A stretch of 23,684 nucleotides of DNA, from positions 1-23,684 of the forward strand of contig JBDHHQ010000068.1 in NCBI GenBank assembly GCA_039589315.1, in the 5' to 3' direction. The DNA comes from Gemmatimonadota bacterium (GTDB taxonomy: Bacteria; Gemmatimonadota; Gemmatimonadetes; Longimicrobiales; Gaopeijiaceae). This document shows positions 1 to 9,245 of this stretch, piece by piece; positions within the stretch are counted from its first letter, which is position 1, and each line of letters begins with the position of its first letter. The notes beneath the pieces were generated by a model that saw only the letters and a list, made by a program, of their open reading frames with translations, ran no database searches and was not told the DNA's origin. Both the position numbers and the translations under genes were made by a program.

Positions 1-126
1 CTTCTGGCCCTGGCCAGTGATCTCTTCCACCCGTTCCCTGATGGCGCGCATGTCGCTGGCCTCGATCCTCCGGTCCAGGCGGATCGCGATGACGTTCGGT
101 GCGTCGTCCGTGGGGATAATGTGCAT
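1..126 (-). CDS. Partial (5' end) STAS/SEC14 (SpoIIAA-like) domain protein, runs off the left edge
   Basis: Not in the ORF track. ATG at 126 with GGGAGA upstream; translates MHIIPTDDAPNVIAIRLDRRIEASDMRAIRERVEEITGQGQK, which resembles the SpoIIAA-like N-terminus (NVIAIRL.G.I...D). Confidence 0.6.
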   Translation of the reverse strand, partial: MHIIPTDDAPNVIAIRLDRRIEASDMRAIRERVEEITGQGQK

Positions 127-181
127 TCGGTGTGTCTCCCGTGAGCGGTCGGTGCGGCCGGGGCCGTCCGGCGTCTACCCT

Positions 182-2278
182 CTAGGCGTCTCCTGTCCCT
201 GCCCCTGTGGATCTGGTGGCCCGGAGCCACGCGCCGGCGGCGAAGAGCAGCCCGAACAAGGAGGCTGCCGCCCCGAGCCTCTCGGCGAGACCCGGCCGGA
301 AGGTCAACTGCACCTCGTTCGCCGTGGGGACGACCATCATGAGGGAGGGTCCGGCCCGGTAGGGGCCCAGCGCCCCTGTGGCCCGCCATCTCGGGAAGTA
401 GGGCACGCGCACGACATGTGCTCGGCCCACCGCGGTCGTGTGGAAGGTCAGTCGCTCGGCGGCGGTGAGAATGACCTCGACGGTCGGTGGCCGATCGGCC
501 TGGGCCGGGTCCGGCCCCGGCGACTCCGAGCCCACGACGACCTCTTGCCACTCGGCGGCGTCGGCCTCGACAGGCCACGGCCCACTGGCCCCCTCGTCCC
601 ACCACGCCAGCGCAGCGGCGGGGAAGGCGTCCGGGCTCACGGGTGCGGCGGGTCCCGGCGCCACCTCCACGATGGGCACAGCACCGACATCGAAGAGCGT
701 CCACGAGTCGCCGGAGCCCACCTCACGGAGGCCGGGCTCCGACCGGGCGGCCTCGGCTACACCCTCGGTGAAGGCCAGGAGGTACCGCACGCCCAGGACC
801 TGCATGTGGTCCCTGCCGCGAGCCAGGTCCAGTCGGGCGGTCGGCAATTCGAGGTACGTCCGGGTATGCACGCGGGTGGCCGTCTCGCCTCGGAGACGCA
901 GATGGAACGGCGTCACCCGGGAGGACTCAGCCCAGAGCCCCCCCAACACCGGATGGTCGGGTCGCCAACGGGGGAGGGCCGTCATGGCGTAGGGAGAGCC
1001 GAAGCGTGAGATCTCGTCGGTATCCTCCCAGTGGATTCGGCCCGGAGGCAGCTCGCCCAGACGGTCCAGGAGAGCCTGGTAATCCGGCCAGGCATCCCTC
1101 GCCTCCATGCCCCCGTGGTTCTGCACGGCCCACCGGACGATGGGCGCTGGATCCCTGAGGACGTTCTGGAGTGAGAAGCAGCCCAGCGCCACTGCCGCCA
1201 GGATCAACGCCAGGGGACTCCGGCTTCGCATCCACCAGCCGGCTGCCGCCGCGAGCCCGAACCCGGCCAGGAGGTGCACGCCCAGGAACCAGTACGGCAA
1301 CAACCTGGCACGCATGAACGCGCCTTCAGGCGCCAGATACGCCAACAAGCCCAGGGCCATGACGGTGGCCATGGGGCCGATGGACCAGCGTTGGCGCGCG
1401 ACGGCGACTCCGCCAATCGCGGCCGGTAACAGCAACCAGGCGAGCTCCCCCGGCATCACCTCGGCGAAAGACCGTCCGAACTCCCAGGGCAGCGTTGCCA
1501 TCTCGGCCCGGTAGACCAGGAAGGGCACGCTCCAGAATCCGGACACCAGGAAGCCCAGACCCCAGCCCGCCAGAAGCTCGCGGCGGCCACCATGGCGCAC
1601 GAGCAGAGGAACGATGCCGGCCAAAGCCGCCAGGGTAGGAATCAGGTGACTGGTGGCGGTCGCCGCCAGGAGCAGCGACGCACCGATCCACCAACGCCCC
1701 CCGTGGCGGCTGGCTCGAAGGGCGCAGCCGAGGTAGAGGAGCGAGAAGCAGAGGCCCAGCGAGTAGGCGAACTCGCCGTTCAGCGTGGACAGCGCGTTGC
1801 CGCCGAACAGCTCGTAGCTGGTCATGAGCGCCAACGAACCGCCAGCGGCACTGGCCACACCGGCCGTCCCCCGCCCCACGCCCATGGAGCGAACCAGGAA
1901 GTAGGCCGCGAACGGGAGGACCACGAGCCCCGTGATCCCCACGACCTTGAGGGCCACATTGAAGCCCAGGAGGGGAGCGAGCAGGACCACCATCAGGCCG
2001 GGGAGCGGGAAGTAGAAGTAGAAGAGGGGGAAGCCCCCGAACCACCCACCGCTCCAACCCAGGATCGCCTGCCCCCGAGCCGCGCGGTCCACCAGCTCGC
2101 CGAAGGGAAAGACGTGTCCCGCGAAGTCCCCCAACGCAGGGGTCGTGTCGGTGAGGACCAACCGGGGCTGGAGGAGGCCGAGCACGACGGCCGCCATCAG
2201 CAGGGGCCAGATCAGGTGGACCCGCCCGCGCGCTCGATCCTCCGACCCGCCGTCTCGCCCCTCCGATCCGTGGCTCAC
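182..2278 (-). CDS. Polytopic membrane protein, GT-C-like (PTPS-related / YfhO-like membrane glycosyltransferase family)
   Basis: 698 aa with many TM helices, an N-terminal GD...H..W...WFGGFPLFYFYFPLP motif, a C-terminal extracytoplasmic domain with YFPRW and a final TM helix. Confidence 0.7.
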   Translation of the reverse strand: MSHGSEGRDGGSEDRARGRVHLIWPLLMAAVVLGLLQPRLVLTDTTPALGDFAGHVFPFGELVDRAARGQAILGWSGGWFGGFPLFYFYFPLPGLMVVLLAPLLGFNVALKVVGITGLVVLPFAAYFLVRSMGVGRGTAGVASAAGGSLALMTSYELFGGNALSTLNGEFAYSLGLCFSLLYLGCALRASRHGGRWWIGASLLLAATATSHLIPTLAALAGIVPLLVRHGGRRELLAGWGLGFLVSGFWSVPFLVYRAEMATLPWEFGRSFAEVMPGELAWLLLPAAIGGVAVARQRWSIGPMATVMALGLLAYLAPEGAFMRARLLPYWFLGVHLLAGFGLAAAAGWWMRSRSPLALILAAVALGCFSLQNVLRDPAPIVRWAVQNHGGMEARDAWPDYQALLDRLGELPPGRIHWEDTDEISRFGSPYAMTALPRWRPDHPVLGGLWAESSRVTPFHLRLRGETATRVHTRTYLELPTARLDLARGRDHMQVLGVRYLLAFTEGVAEAARSEPGLREVGSGDSWTLFDVGAVPIVEVAPGPAAPVSPDAFPAAALAWWDEGASGPWPVEADAAEWQEVVVGSESPGPDPAQADRPPTVEVILTAAERLTFHTTAVGRAHVVRVPYFPRWRATGALGPYRAGPSLMMVVPTANEVQLTFRPGLAERLGAAASLFGLLFAAGAWLRATRSTGAGTGDA

Positions 2279-2926
2279 TGGGCCACGATTTCCAGCTGGT
2301 ACCGTGCCGGCGCCCCGGAGCCTGTAAGCCGGACGGATCGCGGACCGTACTTCATTGGGTGAGCACCCGGGGGTGCCGTGGGGTGGATGGGGCGCGCTCC
2401 GTGGGGACCCAGGATTGGGTGGTTGAGTCGAATGAGCCCGAATTGGGTACGGCGCATGGCTGGGAGGTGGAAGTCCTCTGGGGGCCTCGAGTGACAGGAA
2501 CCCCTAGCCGGCCGACGGCCGCGTCCCCGTGGGGGGAGGCGCGAGCGGGAAGCCCAGGCAATGCTCCGTCGCATCTGCAGTCGAGCCGTGACGTCCGGGG
2601 GCGAGAGGGTGCTCTCACCTCGAAGCCCCATGTCACTGGAGTACAGACGACCGGTGATGCGATGCGAGTGGAGCAAGAGTCATGTGTCCGTGCCCGTTGG
2701 GATCACCGCGGTGGCAGGTATCCGCCGGCAGCACACGCCTGCGCGACACTGATCTGGCAGTCACCCGGCCAAGGGTACCGCCCCTATTCTCAGGCCACGC
2801 GCAGGGACGCGCCAGCTCCGCCGTGAACCCGGGTCATCGGACACACGTCGGGCACCGGACCCATCTCGGGGATAGACGCCCGCCAATTCCCCGGTGAGCG
2901 GAATGGAAGGGATGGAGGATTCCGGT

Positions 2927-3703
2927 TCAGTCGACCGCGGCCGCGGTTCGGGCCAGCTCCATCAGCTCGCGCGAAGGCACATCGCTGACAAGTGCTTGCT
3001 CTAATGAGGCAGACGCCCAGGTGATCACCGACGGCCCACCGTCCCCGGCCTGCAGGCTCTCCCCCAGCGCCGGCGCTCGGTCGTCGCCTCCAGCCCGGGG
3101 TACCACGTAATGCGAGATGATCTCACCCTCTCGCTTGTACACGATCATGGCCCCGCGCCGGCCCTCGAGCAGGCAGATCTCCGCCCGCTCGAGCTCTAGC
3201 CCGGCATGGCGCAGGGGCGCCAGCGGCACACCGAGCTCCCGTGTCAGGAACCGCTTCACCTCGCCGGGATCGGACGTTTCGATGTGGTCCGCGCCTACTG
3301 CCCGCCGTACGTAGTCCTCGACGAACATGGCGTCGCCCGAGATCTGGGCTGGATCTCGGTTCGTCAAGATCGCCGTGGTTCCGAGGGCGACGAAGGCGAC
3401 GGCAGCCGCGGCCAGCGACGGAGCCCAGCGCTTCCAGCCCGTCACGGCCGAGTCGGTCGTGATGGCCAGCCCTGCTCGCTCCCGGGCGAGCACGTCGAAC
3501 ACGCGTTCTCGCACCCGACGTGGAGCCTTACCGCGCCGGATCCGATCGTACGCATCGAGCAGCATGCGGTCCTGCTCGAAGTACTCCCTACACCCGGGAC
3601 ACTCAGCGATGTGATCCCGTGCCCGCGTGACATCGCGGTTGGCCAGACGGGGCCGTTCGGGCGGCCACACTCCGGCTCTGGCTTCGTAACAATCCATGGT
3701 CAC
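2927..3703 (-). CDS. Zinc-binding (ZAS, zf-HC2) transmembrane anti-sigma factor
   Basis: HIAECPGC matches HxxxCxxC; single TM (WAPSLAAAAVAFVALGTTAIL); lies 2 nt downstream of the sigma-like gene. Confidence 0.85.
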   Translation of the reverse strand: MTMDCYEARAGVWPPERPRLANRDVTRARDHIAECPGCREYFEQDRMLLDAYDRIRRGKAPRRVRERVFDVLARERAGLAITTDSAVTGWKRWAPSLAAAAVAFVALGTTAILTNRDPAQISGDAMFVEDYVRRAVGADHIETSDPGEVKRFLTRELGVPLAPLRHAGLELERAEICLLEGRRGAMIVYKREGEIISHYVVPRAGGDDRAPALGESLQAGDGGPSVITWASASLEQALVSDVPSRELMELARTAAAVD

Positions 3704-3705
3704 CT

Positions 3706-4224
3706 CTATGCCCCCGAGGCCCGGCGGGCCCCGGCCTTACCACTGAGCCCTCCCAGGATCGCGCCCATGAGCGTGTGGCGGTACCTGAGCAGGTCCTTCA
3801 AGACTCCTTCGTCGACGCCCATCACGTCGGACGCGTCGGCGTAGGGCCATCTTCGCAACAGAACCAGCCAGAGGGCCGCTCGTGCAGCCCACGGGACCGC
3901 GGCAGCAGCCATGTGCAGGCCCGGAGCGTCCAGGCCTGCGAAGATCTCGTGGCTATGCGTCGGTATCCGCTCCAGAGGCGCGGCCGGTCGCCCAGCTCGG
4001 GCGTCGCGGGGATGCGTCTCCAGGAACGTCGACACGAGTCGCCCCTCGAGCCACCGGCTGATGTCCTCGACGTCCTGGCTCGCCCGAAAACGGTTGAAGG
4101 AGCGACCCAGGGTGTCCAGGAGCAGGTTCTCGGCGTCGTCCTCGTCGCCGGCGGTAAGGAAGAGAGCTCCCTGGTAGAGACCGTCGATCTCCCGCGTCGC
4201 CAGTTCTTCGAATGTCCGCGACAT
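3706..4224 (-). CDS. Divergent ECF (sigma-70 family) sigma factor-like protein
   Basis: Start revised to ATG 4224 (MSRTFEEL..., G-rich SD). Region 2-like LYQGALFLTAGDEDDAENLLLDT...RWL and region 4-like PWAARAALWL...YADASDVMGVDEG; paired with the anti-sigma. Confidence 0.7.
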   Translation of the reverse strand: MSRTFEELATREIDGLYQGALFLTAGDEDDAENLLLDTLGRSFNRFRASQDVEDISRWLEGRLVSTFLETHPRDARAGRPAAPLERIPTHSHEIFAGLDAPGLHMAAAAVPWAARAALWLVLLRRWPYADASDVMGVDEGVLKDLLRYRHTLMGAILGGLSGKAGARRASGA

Positions 4225-4326
4225 TGCACCCCCGATTCGCGCCACCCCGGCCGGCGCAGTGTGCTCCGACCTGCAGCCGGGCTCTCTCGCCGGTTGACCG
4301 GGCCTATTCACCGGTTCACAGGACGT

Positions 4327-4351
4327 AATACGGGAATCCCGTCAAAGGTTC
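4327..4351 (-). promoter_or_regulatory. Possible ECF-type autoregulatory promoter
   Basis: Minus strand GAAC-N15-CGTATT about 100 nt upstream of the sigma gene; the spacer is 1 nt shorter than the usual AAC-N16-CGT. Confidence 0.3.
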
Positions 4352-4541
4352 TCCGCCAGCTGAGCTGTCCCTGGAAGGGATCCTGGGGCTGTGGCCCGAT
4401 GGTGACCGCCCTGGCCGCCCGACGCATATCCGGGCCATAATGCCCTCGTCCCGCCCGCGCCCTGTTGCCGAGATTCGCGAAGCACCAAGGGCGGGGTGCC
4501 GCGGGGACCGACACCCGTACCAACCCATTCAGTGAGACGTC

Positions 4542-5363
4542 GTGGTCGTGCCCGTGCACCTGAACCGGATCGGAGTCCAGATCCCCGAGGGCGAGGCCCG
4601 CCGGAGCTTCCCCTTTCACATCCCGGCCCTCCACGACGTGGAGGCCCTCACGCTCGAGGCCCCGATCACCTTCTTCGTCGGCGAGAACGGCTCCGGCAAG
4701 TCTACGCTCCTGGAGGCGCTTGCCGCCGCGACCTCGCTCCCCACCGTGGGCAGCCGCAGCGCCGCGACGGATCCCAGCCTCGAGGCACAGCGGCGCCTCA
4801 CACGTTGTCTCCGGCTCGCGTGGAGGCAGCGGACGCATCGAGGATTCTTTCTGAGGGCCGAGGACTTCTTCGGCTTCGCGCGCAGCATGTCCGAGATGCG
4901 GGCCCGGTTCGAGACGGAGGCCGAGGAAATGGCGGAGCGCTTCAAAGACCACTCGCCAATGGCGCGGATGCTGGCCCAGGGACCAGCACGGCGCTCGGTG
5001 CACGAGATCGAGCAGAGATACGGTGACGGGTTGGACGCCAACTCCCACGGCGAGAGCTTTCTGAAACTGTTTCGCACCCGGTTCGTTCCGGGCGGTCTGT
5101 ACCTGCTGGACGAGCCCGAGGCGGCGCTGTCACCCCAGAGCCAGCTGGCACTGATCGCCATGCTCCGCGACATGGTGGAGCAGGATTCCCAGTTCATCAT
5201 CGCCACTCACTCCCCGATCCTCATGGCCATCCCGGGATCGGTCATCTATTCGTTCGACGAGCGGCCCGCCGCCCGGGTGCCCTATGAAGACCTGGAGTCC
5301 GTGTCGCTGATGCGGGACTTCCTCAACGCACCGGGGCGGTTTCTGGGACACCTCTGGGGTTGA
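4542..5363 (+). CDS. ABC-type/AAA ATPase (predicted ATPase, COG3910-like)
   Basis: Walker A GENGSGKS, signature-like SHGES, Walker B LLDEPE, H-loop ATHSP. Confidence 0.85.
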   Translation: MVVPVHLNRIGVQIPEGEARRSFPFHIPALHDVEALTLEAPITFFVGENGSGKSTLLEALAAATSLPTVGSRSAATDPSLEAQRRLTRCLRLAWRQRTHRGFFLRAEDFFGFARSMSEMRARFETEAEEMAERFKDHSPMARMLAQGPARRSVHEIEQRYGDGLDANSHGESFLKLFRTRFVPGGLYLLDEPEAALSPQSQLALIAMLRDMVEQDSQFIIATHSPILMAIPGSVIYSFDERPAARVPYEDLESVSLMRDFLNAPGRFLGHLWG

Positions 5364-5412
5364 GCACGCATCCGGCCTGTGGCGCGGCGATGGTCCGAGC
5401 CCGTCCGACACC

Positions 5413-6666
5413 TCAGGTATCCGCCTCGCTCCCCGGTTCGCACGGCTGATCCTCGTTCTGCTCGGCGGTGACGAAGTACTGTCCGGCCGACGAGGCCCTC
5501 AGGACCAGGTCTCCGTGCGCGTTCGTGCACCACGTCTCGATGCTCCGGGACAGAAGCTCGGCCGTGGCGCCCTGACGGGGGTGGCTGATGCCGTTGGCCG
5601 TGACCAGCGCGGCTTCGGGCCTCGTGTGGTCGAGCCAGATCGACGGCCCCGAGGAGCCGCTGTTGAAGATGGCGTCGTTGGCGCCGTGGTGGCCCACCTT
5701 CAGGACGTGCACCACGCGGGTCAGTGTGGGAAAGGTGTTGCGCCAGCGGTTGTTCGCCTCCAGCTCGCCGTCGCCCGTGAAAAACATCTTGAACTCGCCG
5801 AACACCACCAACGTCCCCAGCGAGCCCTCGTTGATCATCGAGTTGTCCGCATTGGGCAGACCCAGGAACGCGCTGAACGGCGACAGTACGGTCATGATCG
5901 GCGAGCCCGGGTCCTTGAAGCCCCGGACTACGGGCGTGGTGGGCACGAACGTCGTGTCCGCGGTGGCCTCGGCAAACGCGATCGTGGCATTGTAGCGGGC
6001 GAAGTCCCGGACCTGGCCGTTGTGGAAGAAGCGGCGCACGTGGACGTCCCGCATGACCGGCGGGATGCCATAGAAGTGGTCGCTGTGGGCGTGGGTGAGC
6101 ACCAGAGCCTCCAGCGTGTCCACGCCGAGCTCGCCCAGCCTCCGCGCCACCAGCGTGGAGTCGGCACCGTCGACTCCCGCCGGACCCGCGTCGATGAGGA
6201 CATGGAACATGCCCGTCGACGTTGAATCGGTCAGCACGATGGCGTCGCCGCCGCCGCCCGACTCGTTCGGACCCAGGTCCAGCATTCGGACGATCAGGAT
6301 GCGGTCGCCCGACAGGGTGATGAAGAAGACCACCTCCTCGCTGGACGTCGCTTCCCCATCCCGCGCGTCGACCACCAACCGGTAGGTCCCGACGTCCGAC
6401 ACCGTGGTGCCCGAGAGGAAGTCCTGCCCGTTGAGCGTCGCCTCATAGACGCCACGGTCCACGGAGATCCCGATCGTCACCGGCTCGGTGTAGGTCACGC
6501 CGTCCTCCACGCCGCTGATGGTGATCACGGGGGCAGGCGGCGGGGCAGTGCTGCTGTCGCTGCTGCACGCTAGGAGCACGAGCGTGGCCAGCGTCGCCAG
6601 GGCGACGGTGAGACGACGAAGGCCACCAAATCGTGACGATCTCAGGAGTGAGGAAGAACGCGACAT
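5413..6666 (-). CDS. Lipoprotein with Ig-like domain and ComEC/Rec2-type metallo-beta-lactamase-fold hydrolase (putative nuclease/phosphodiesterase)
   Basis: Signal peptide with lipobox VLLAC; motifs GDA..LIDAG, THAHSDH, FTGD, KVGHHG and HP are typical of the ComEC C-terminal MBL domain. No membrane channel domain. Confidence 0.8.
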   Translation of the reverse strand: MSRSSSLLRSSRFGGLRRLTVALATLATLVLLACSSDSSTAPPPAPVITISGVEDGVTYTEPVTIGISVDRGVYEATLNGQDFLSGTTVSDVGTYRLVVDARDGEATSSEEVVFFITLSGDRILIVRMLDLGPNESGGGGDAIVLTDSTSTGMFHVLIDAGPAGVDGADSTLVARRLGELGVDTLEALVLTHAHSDHFYGIPPVMRDVHVRRFFHNGQVRDFARYNATIAFAEATADTTFVPTTPVVRGFKDPGSPIMTVLSPFSAFLGLPNADNSMINEGSLGTLVVFGEFKMFFTGDGELEANNRWRNTFPTLTRVVHVLKVGHHGANDAIFNSGSSGPSIWLDHTRPEAALVTANGISHPRQGATAELLSRSIETWCTNAHGDLVLRASSAGQYFVTAEQNEDQPCEPGSEADT

Positions 6667-6813
6667 GGGGTCTCGCGGGAACGTACTTGTGAAACAGATG
6701 GCGGTTGCCTAGGCTGCGATTCCTGACCTGGCCCGAGACGCTGTCGGGACCCCCGCCCCTCGGCACTTCGGACCTGGCTTTCCTCAAGCTAACCGCCGCC
6801 GTCAGGTGCAACC

Positions 6814-9186
6814 ATGACACGCTTTCTGTACGCCCTCGGCGTCGCGTTCGTTGCTGCGGCGCTCACCTCGGCCTGCGATGAGGCCACGGCTCCGGCGGGC
6901 GACGCCAGTACGGTGGAGATCACGGTCTACGTGGACACCGACGGCTCCGGAGACTTCACGCCCCCCGACACTCCGGTGGCTGGACTGACCATTGGACTGG
7001 TGGGCGGGCCGCAGGCGCTGAGCGCCGAGACCGGCTCCGACGGCATCGCGCGCTTCGCCACGGTGCCTCCGGGCAGCTACCAGGCGGTGAACGACAACGC
7101 ACCACCCAGCGGCGCCACACTTGTCACGGCCACCACGCCCGTGGTGGTTGCCGAGTTCACCGGAGGGACGGTCAGGTCCGAGTTCCGGTACGCCTACCTG
7201 CCGGGTAACATCCGGGGCCTCGTCTACCGGGACGACGACGGGAGTGGCGACTTCGACCCGGAGCTGGACACGCCGGCCGCAGGCCTCACGGTGTCGCTCT
7301 CCTTCGCGGCCGGAGGCGAGGACATCGCCTCGACGACCACGGACGCGACCGGCGCCTACGCCTTCGACGGCGTGCGCCCCACCTCGTACAACGTGACGGC
7401 CACGCCCTTCGAGTCCATCGAGTTCCCCGCGGGGAACGCCCAGACGGTCACCGTTCCGCCTGACGGCACGGTCACCGCAGACTTCGTCTTCACCGGCAAC
7501 CTCGTTGTCGAGATCGCCGAGGCGCGGGCGAGAGACGCCGGATCGGTGGCGACGGTGGAGGCGGTCGCCACGGTGGGCACAGGCCCCTTCGGCTCAAGCT
7601 CCTTCTACCTACAGGACGCCACCGGAGGCATCGCCATCTTCGACGGCAGCCGGCCCGACGTGGAGATGGGAGACCTGCTCCGCCTCACCGGGACGGTGGG
7701 CGCGTTCAACGACGAGATCCAGATCTCGGGCAGCATCACGATCGAGAATCTGGGGGCCGGAACGGTGCCCGATCCCAGACCCACCAGCGGGGCCGACCTC
7801 AACGCCTTCATGTTCCAGGGTGAGCTCGTGGCCCTGAACGGGTTCACCGTGGAGTCGGTCTCCAACATCGACAGCTTCGACAACCACAATGTCAACGGGA
7901 AGGATACCGCGGGCACCGACATCGTACTCCGCGTCGACAGCCGCACCGGCCTCGGCTCGGCATTCTGGGAGGTGGGCACCACCTACTCGGTCGTCGGGAT
8001 CGCCAGCCGGTTCCGTGACACCTTCCAGCTCAAGCCCCGCATGCCGGACGACATACAGGCGGGCGGCGCCCAGAGCATCCAATCCGCGCGGGACGCCGAC
8101 GAGGGCACCGTAGTCACGGTGGAGGGGACCGTCTCCGTCGATCCCGGACCGTTCGGCAGCTCCAGCTTCTACTTCCAGGACGCCAGCGCCGGCATCGCCG
8201 TCTTCCAGCCCGGCGCACCCGAGATGGACATCGGCGACGTGATCCAGGTGACCGGCACGCGCTCCTCGTTCAACGACGAGATCCAGTTGGGCAACGTCAC
8301 CGTCACGATCATCGAGGAGGACGCGGGCGAGCCCCAGCGAAGAGCCATCAGCGCCGCCGACCTGAACGCCGACATGTTCCAGGGCGAGCTGGTCACCGTT
8401 GCAGGATTCACGGTGGACTCGGTCACGAGCGTCGACGGCTTCGACAACCACAACGTCAACGGCAAGGACGCGAACGGCGACGACATGGTGGTCCGGGTCG
8501 ACAGCCGCACCGGGATCGGATCGGCCTTCTGGACGGCGGGCATGACCTACACCGTCAGCGGTGTAGCGAGCCGGTTCCGCGACACTTTCCAGCTCAAGCC
8601 GCGCATGCCCGAGGACGCCGTCGGCGGAGCCACCTCGACCGTCGCTCAAGCACGAGCGTTGGCCGACGGCGAGCTCGTCACTGTCGAGGGTGTGGTGGGC
8701 GTAGGCCCCGGCCCCTACGGCAGCTCGGTCTTCTACTTCCAGGACGCCACCGCCGGCATCGCGGTGTTCATGTCCGGGGCTCCACCCCTCTCTCCCGGCG
8801 ACATGATCTTGGTGACGGGTCAGCGGAGCTCGTTCAGCAACGAGCTCCAACTGGGCAACACCACGGTCAGCGTACGTGGATCAAGCGATCCGCCCACGCC
8901 CCGCGTCGTGACGGGTGCGGAGATCAACGCGGGCCAGTTCCAGGGTGAGGTGGCCAGCCTGGCCGGCTACACCGTCACCGGCATCGAGGTGCTGAGCTTC
9001 GACAACCACGTGCTCACCGGGACCGCTGGCGGAGAGACCGTCACGGTGTTCGTGGATAGCCGATCGGGCATCGGCTCGGCGGACTGGACGGTGGACAGTG
9101 CCTACGACCTGGTGGGAATCCTGCGGACCAGCGGAGACTCGTTCCGCTTGAGTCCCAGGGGCCCCGCCGACGTGACAGCCCAATGA
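6814..9186 (+). CDS. Surface lipoprotein: two SdrD-B/Cna-B-like domains plus three tandem double OB-fold repeats (YhcR/extracellular-nuclease OB-like)
   Basis: Lipobox LTSAC; two D.DGSGDF Ca-loop B-domains; three 188-aa repeats carrying FYxQDAxxGIAxF...GD....G..xxFxxExQ and xxRVDSR...QLKPR..DD/ED motifs. Confidence 0.75.
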   Translation: MTRFLYALGVAFVAAALTSACDEATAPAGDASTVEITVYVDTDGSGDFTPPDTPVAGLTIGLVGGPQALSAETGSDGIARFATVPPGSYQAVNDNAPPSGATLVTATTPVVVAEFTGGTVRSEFRYAYLPGNIRGLVYRDDDGSGDFDPELDTPAAGLTVSLSFAAGGEDIASTTTDATGAYAFDGVRPTSYNVTATPFESIEFPAGNAQTVTVPPDGTVTADFVFTGNLVVEIAEARARDAGSVATVEAVATVGTGPFGSSSFYLQDATGGIAIFDGSRPDVEMGDLLRLTGTVGAFNDEIQISGSITIENLGAGTVPDPRPTSGADLNAFMFQGELVALNGFTVESVSNIDSFDNHNVNGKDTAGTDIVLRVDSRTGLGSAFWEVGTTYSVVGIASRFRDTFQLKPRMPDDIQAGGAQSIQSARDADEGTVVTVEGTVSVDPGPFGSSSFYFQDASAGIAVFQPGAPEMDIGDVIQVTGTRSSFNDEIQLGNVTVTIIEEDAGEPQRRAISAADLNADMFQGELVTVAGFTVDSVTSVDGFDNHNVNGKDANGDDMVVRVDSRTGIGSAFWTAGMTYTVSGVASRFRDTFQLKPRMPEDAVGGATSTVAQARALADGELVTVEGVVGVGPGPYGSSVFYFQDATAGIAVFMSGAPPLSPGDMILVTGQRSSFSNELQLGNTTVSVRGSSDPPTPRVVTGAEINAGQFQGEVASLAGYTVTGIEVLSFDNHVLTGTAGGETVTVFVDSRSGIGSADWTVDSAYDLVGILRTSGDSFRLSPRGPADVTAQ
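7504..9174 (+). repeat. Three intragenic tandem repeats, 564-nt (188-aa) period
   Basis: The TTCTAC...CAGGACGCC anchor recurs at 7603, 8167 and 8731. Copies 1 and 2 share long blocks (FDNHNVNGKD, RVDSRTG, ASRFRDTFQLKPRMP). Confidence 0.9.
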
Positions 9187-9245
9187 CGGCGGCGAATGAG
9201 CACGACGATCACACCGGATTCGGGTGCGCGCGAATGGACACGGGA

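Noticed and set aside
17..1009. 330-aa plus-strand ORF and other ORFs overlapping the membrane protein
   Set aside because: Antisense to the 698-aa membrane protein, low-complexity Arg/Gly/Pro composition, no motifs.
4542..5363. ATPase as the missing partner of the orphan permease, or an OLD/Gabija-type defence ATPase
   Set aside because: It is not LolD/MacB-like (SHGES rather than LSGGQ), lies in a separate convergent unit, and has no TOPRIM or partner gene.
5413..6666. comEC competence gene or antibiotic beta-lactamase
   Set aside because: It lacks the multi-TM competence channel, and the motif spacing is ComEC-MBL-like rather than class B beta-lactamase.
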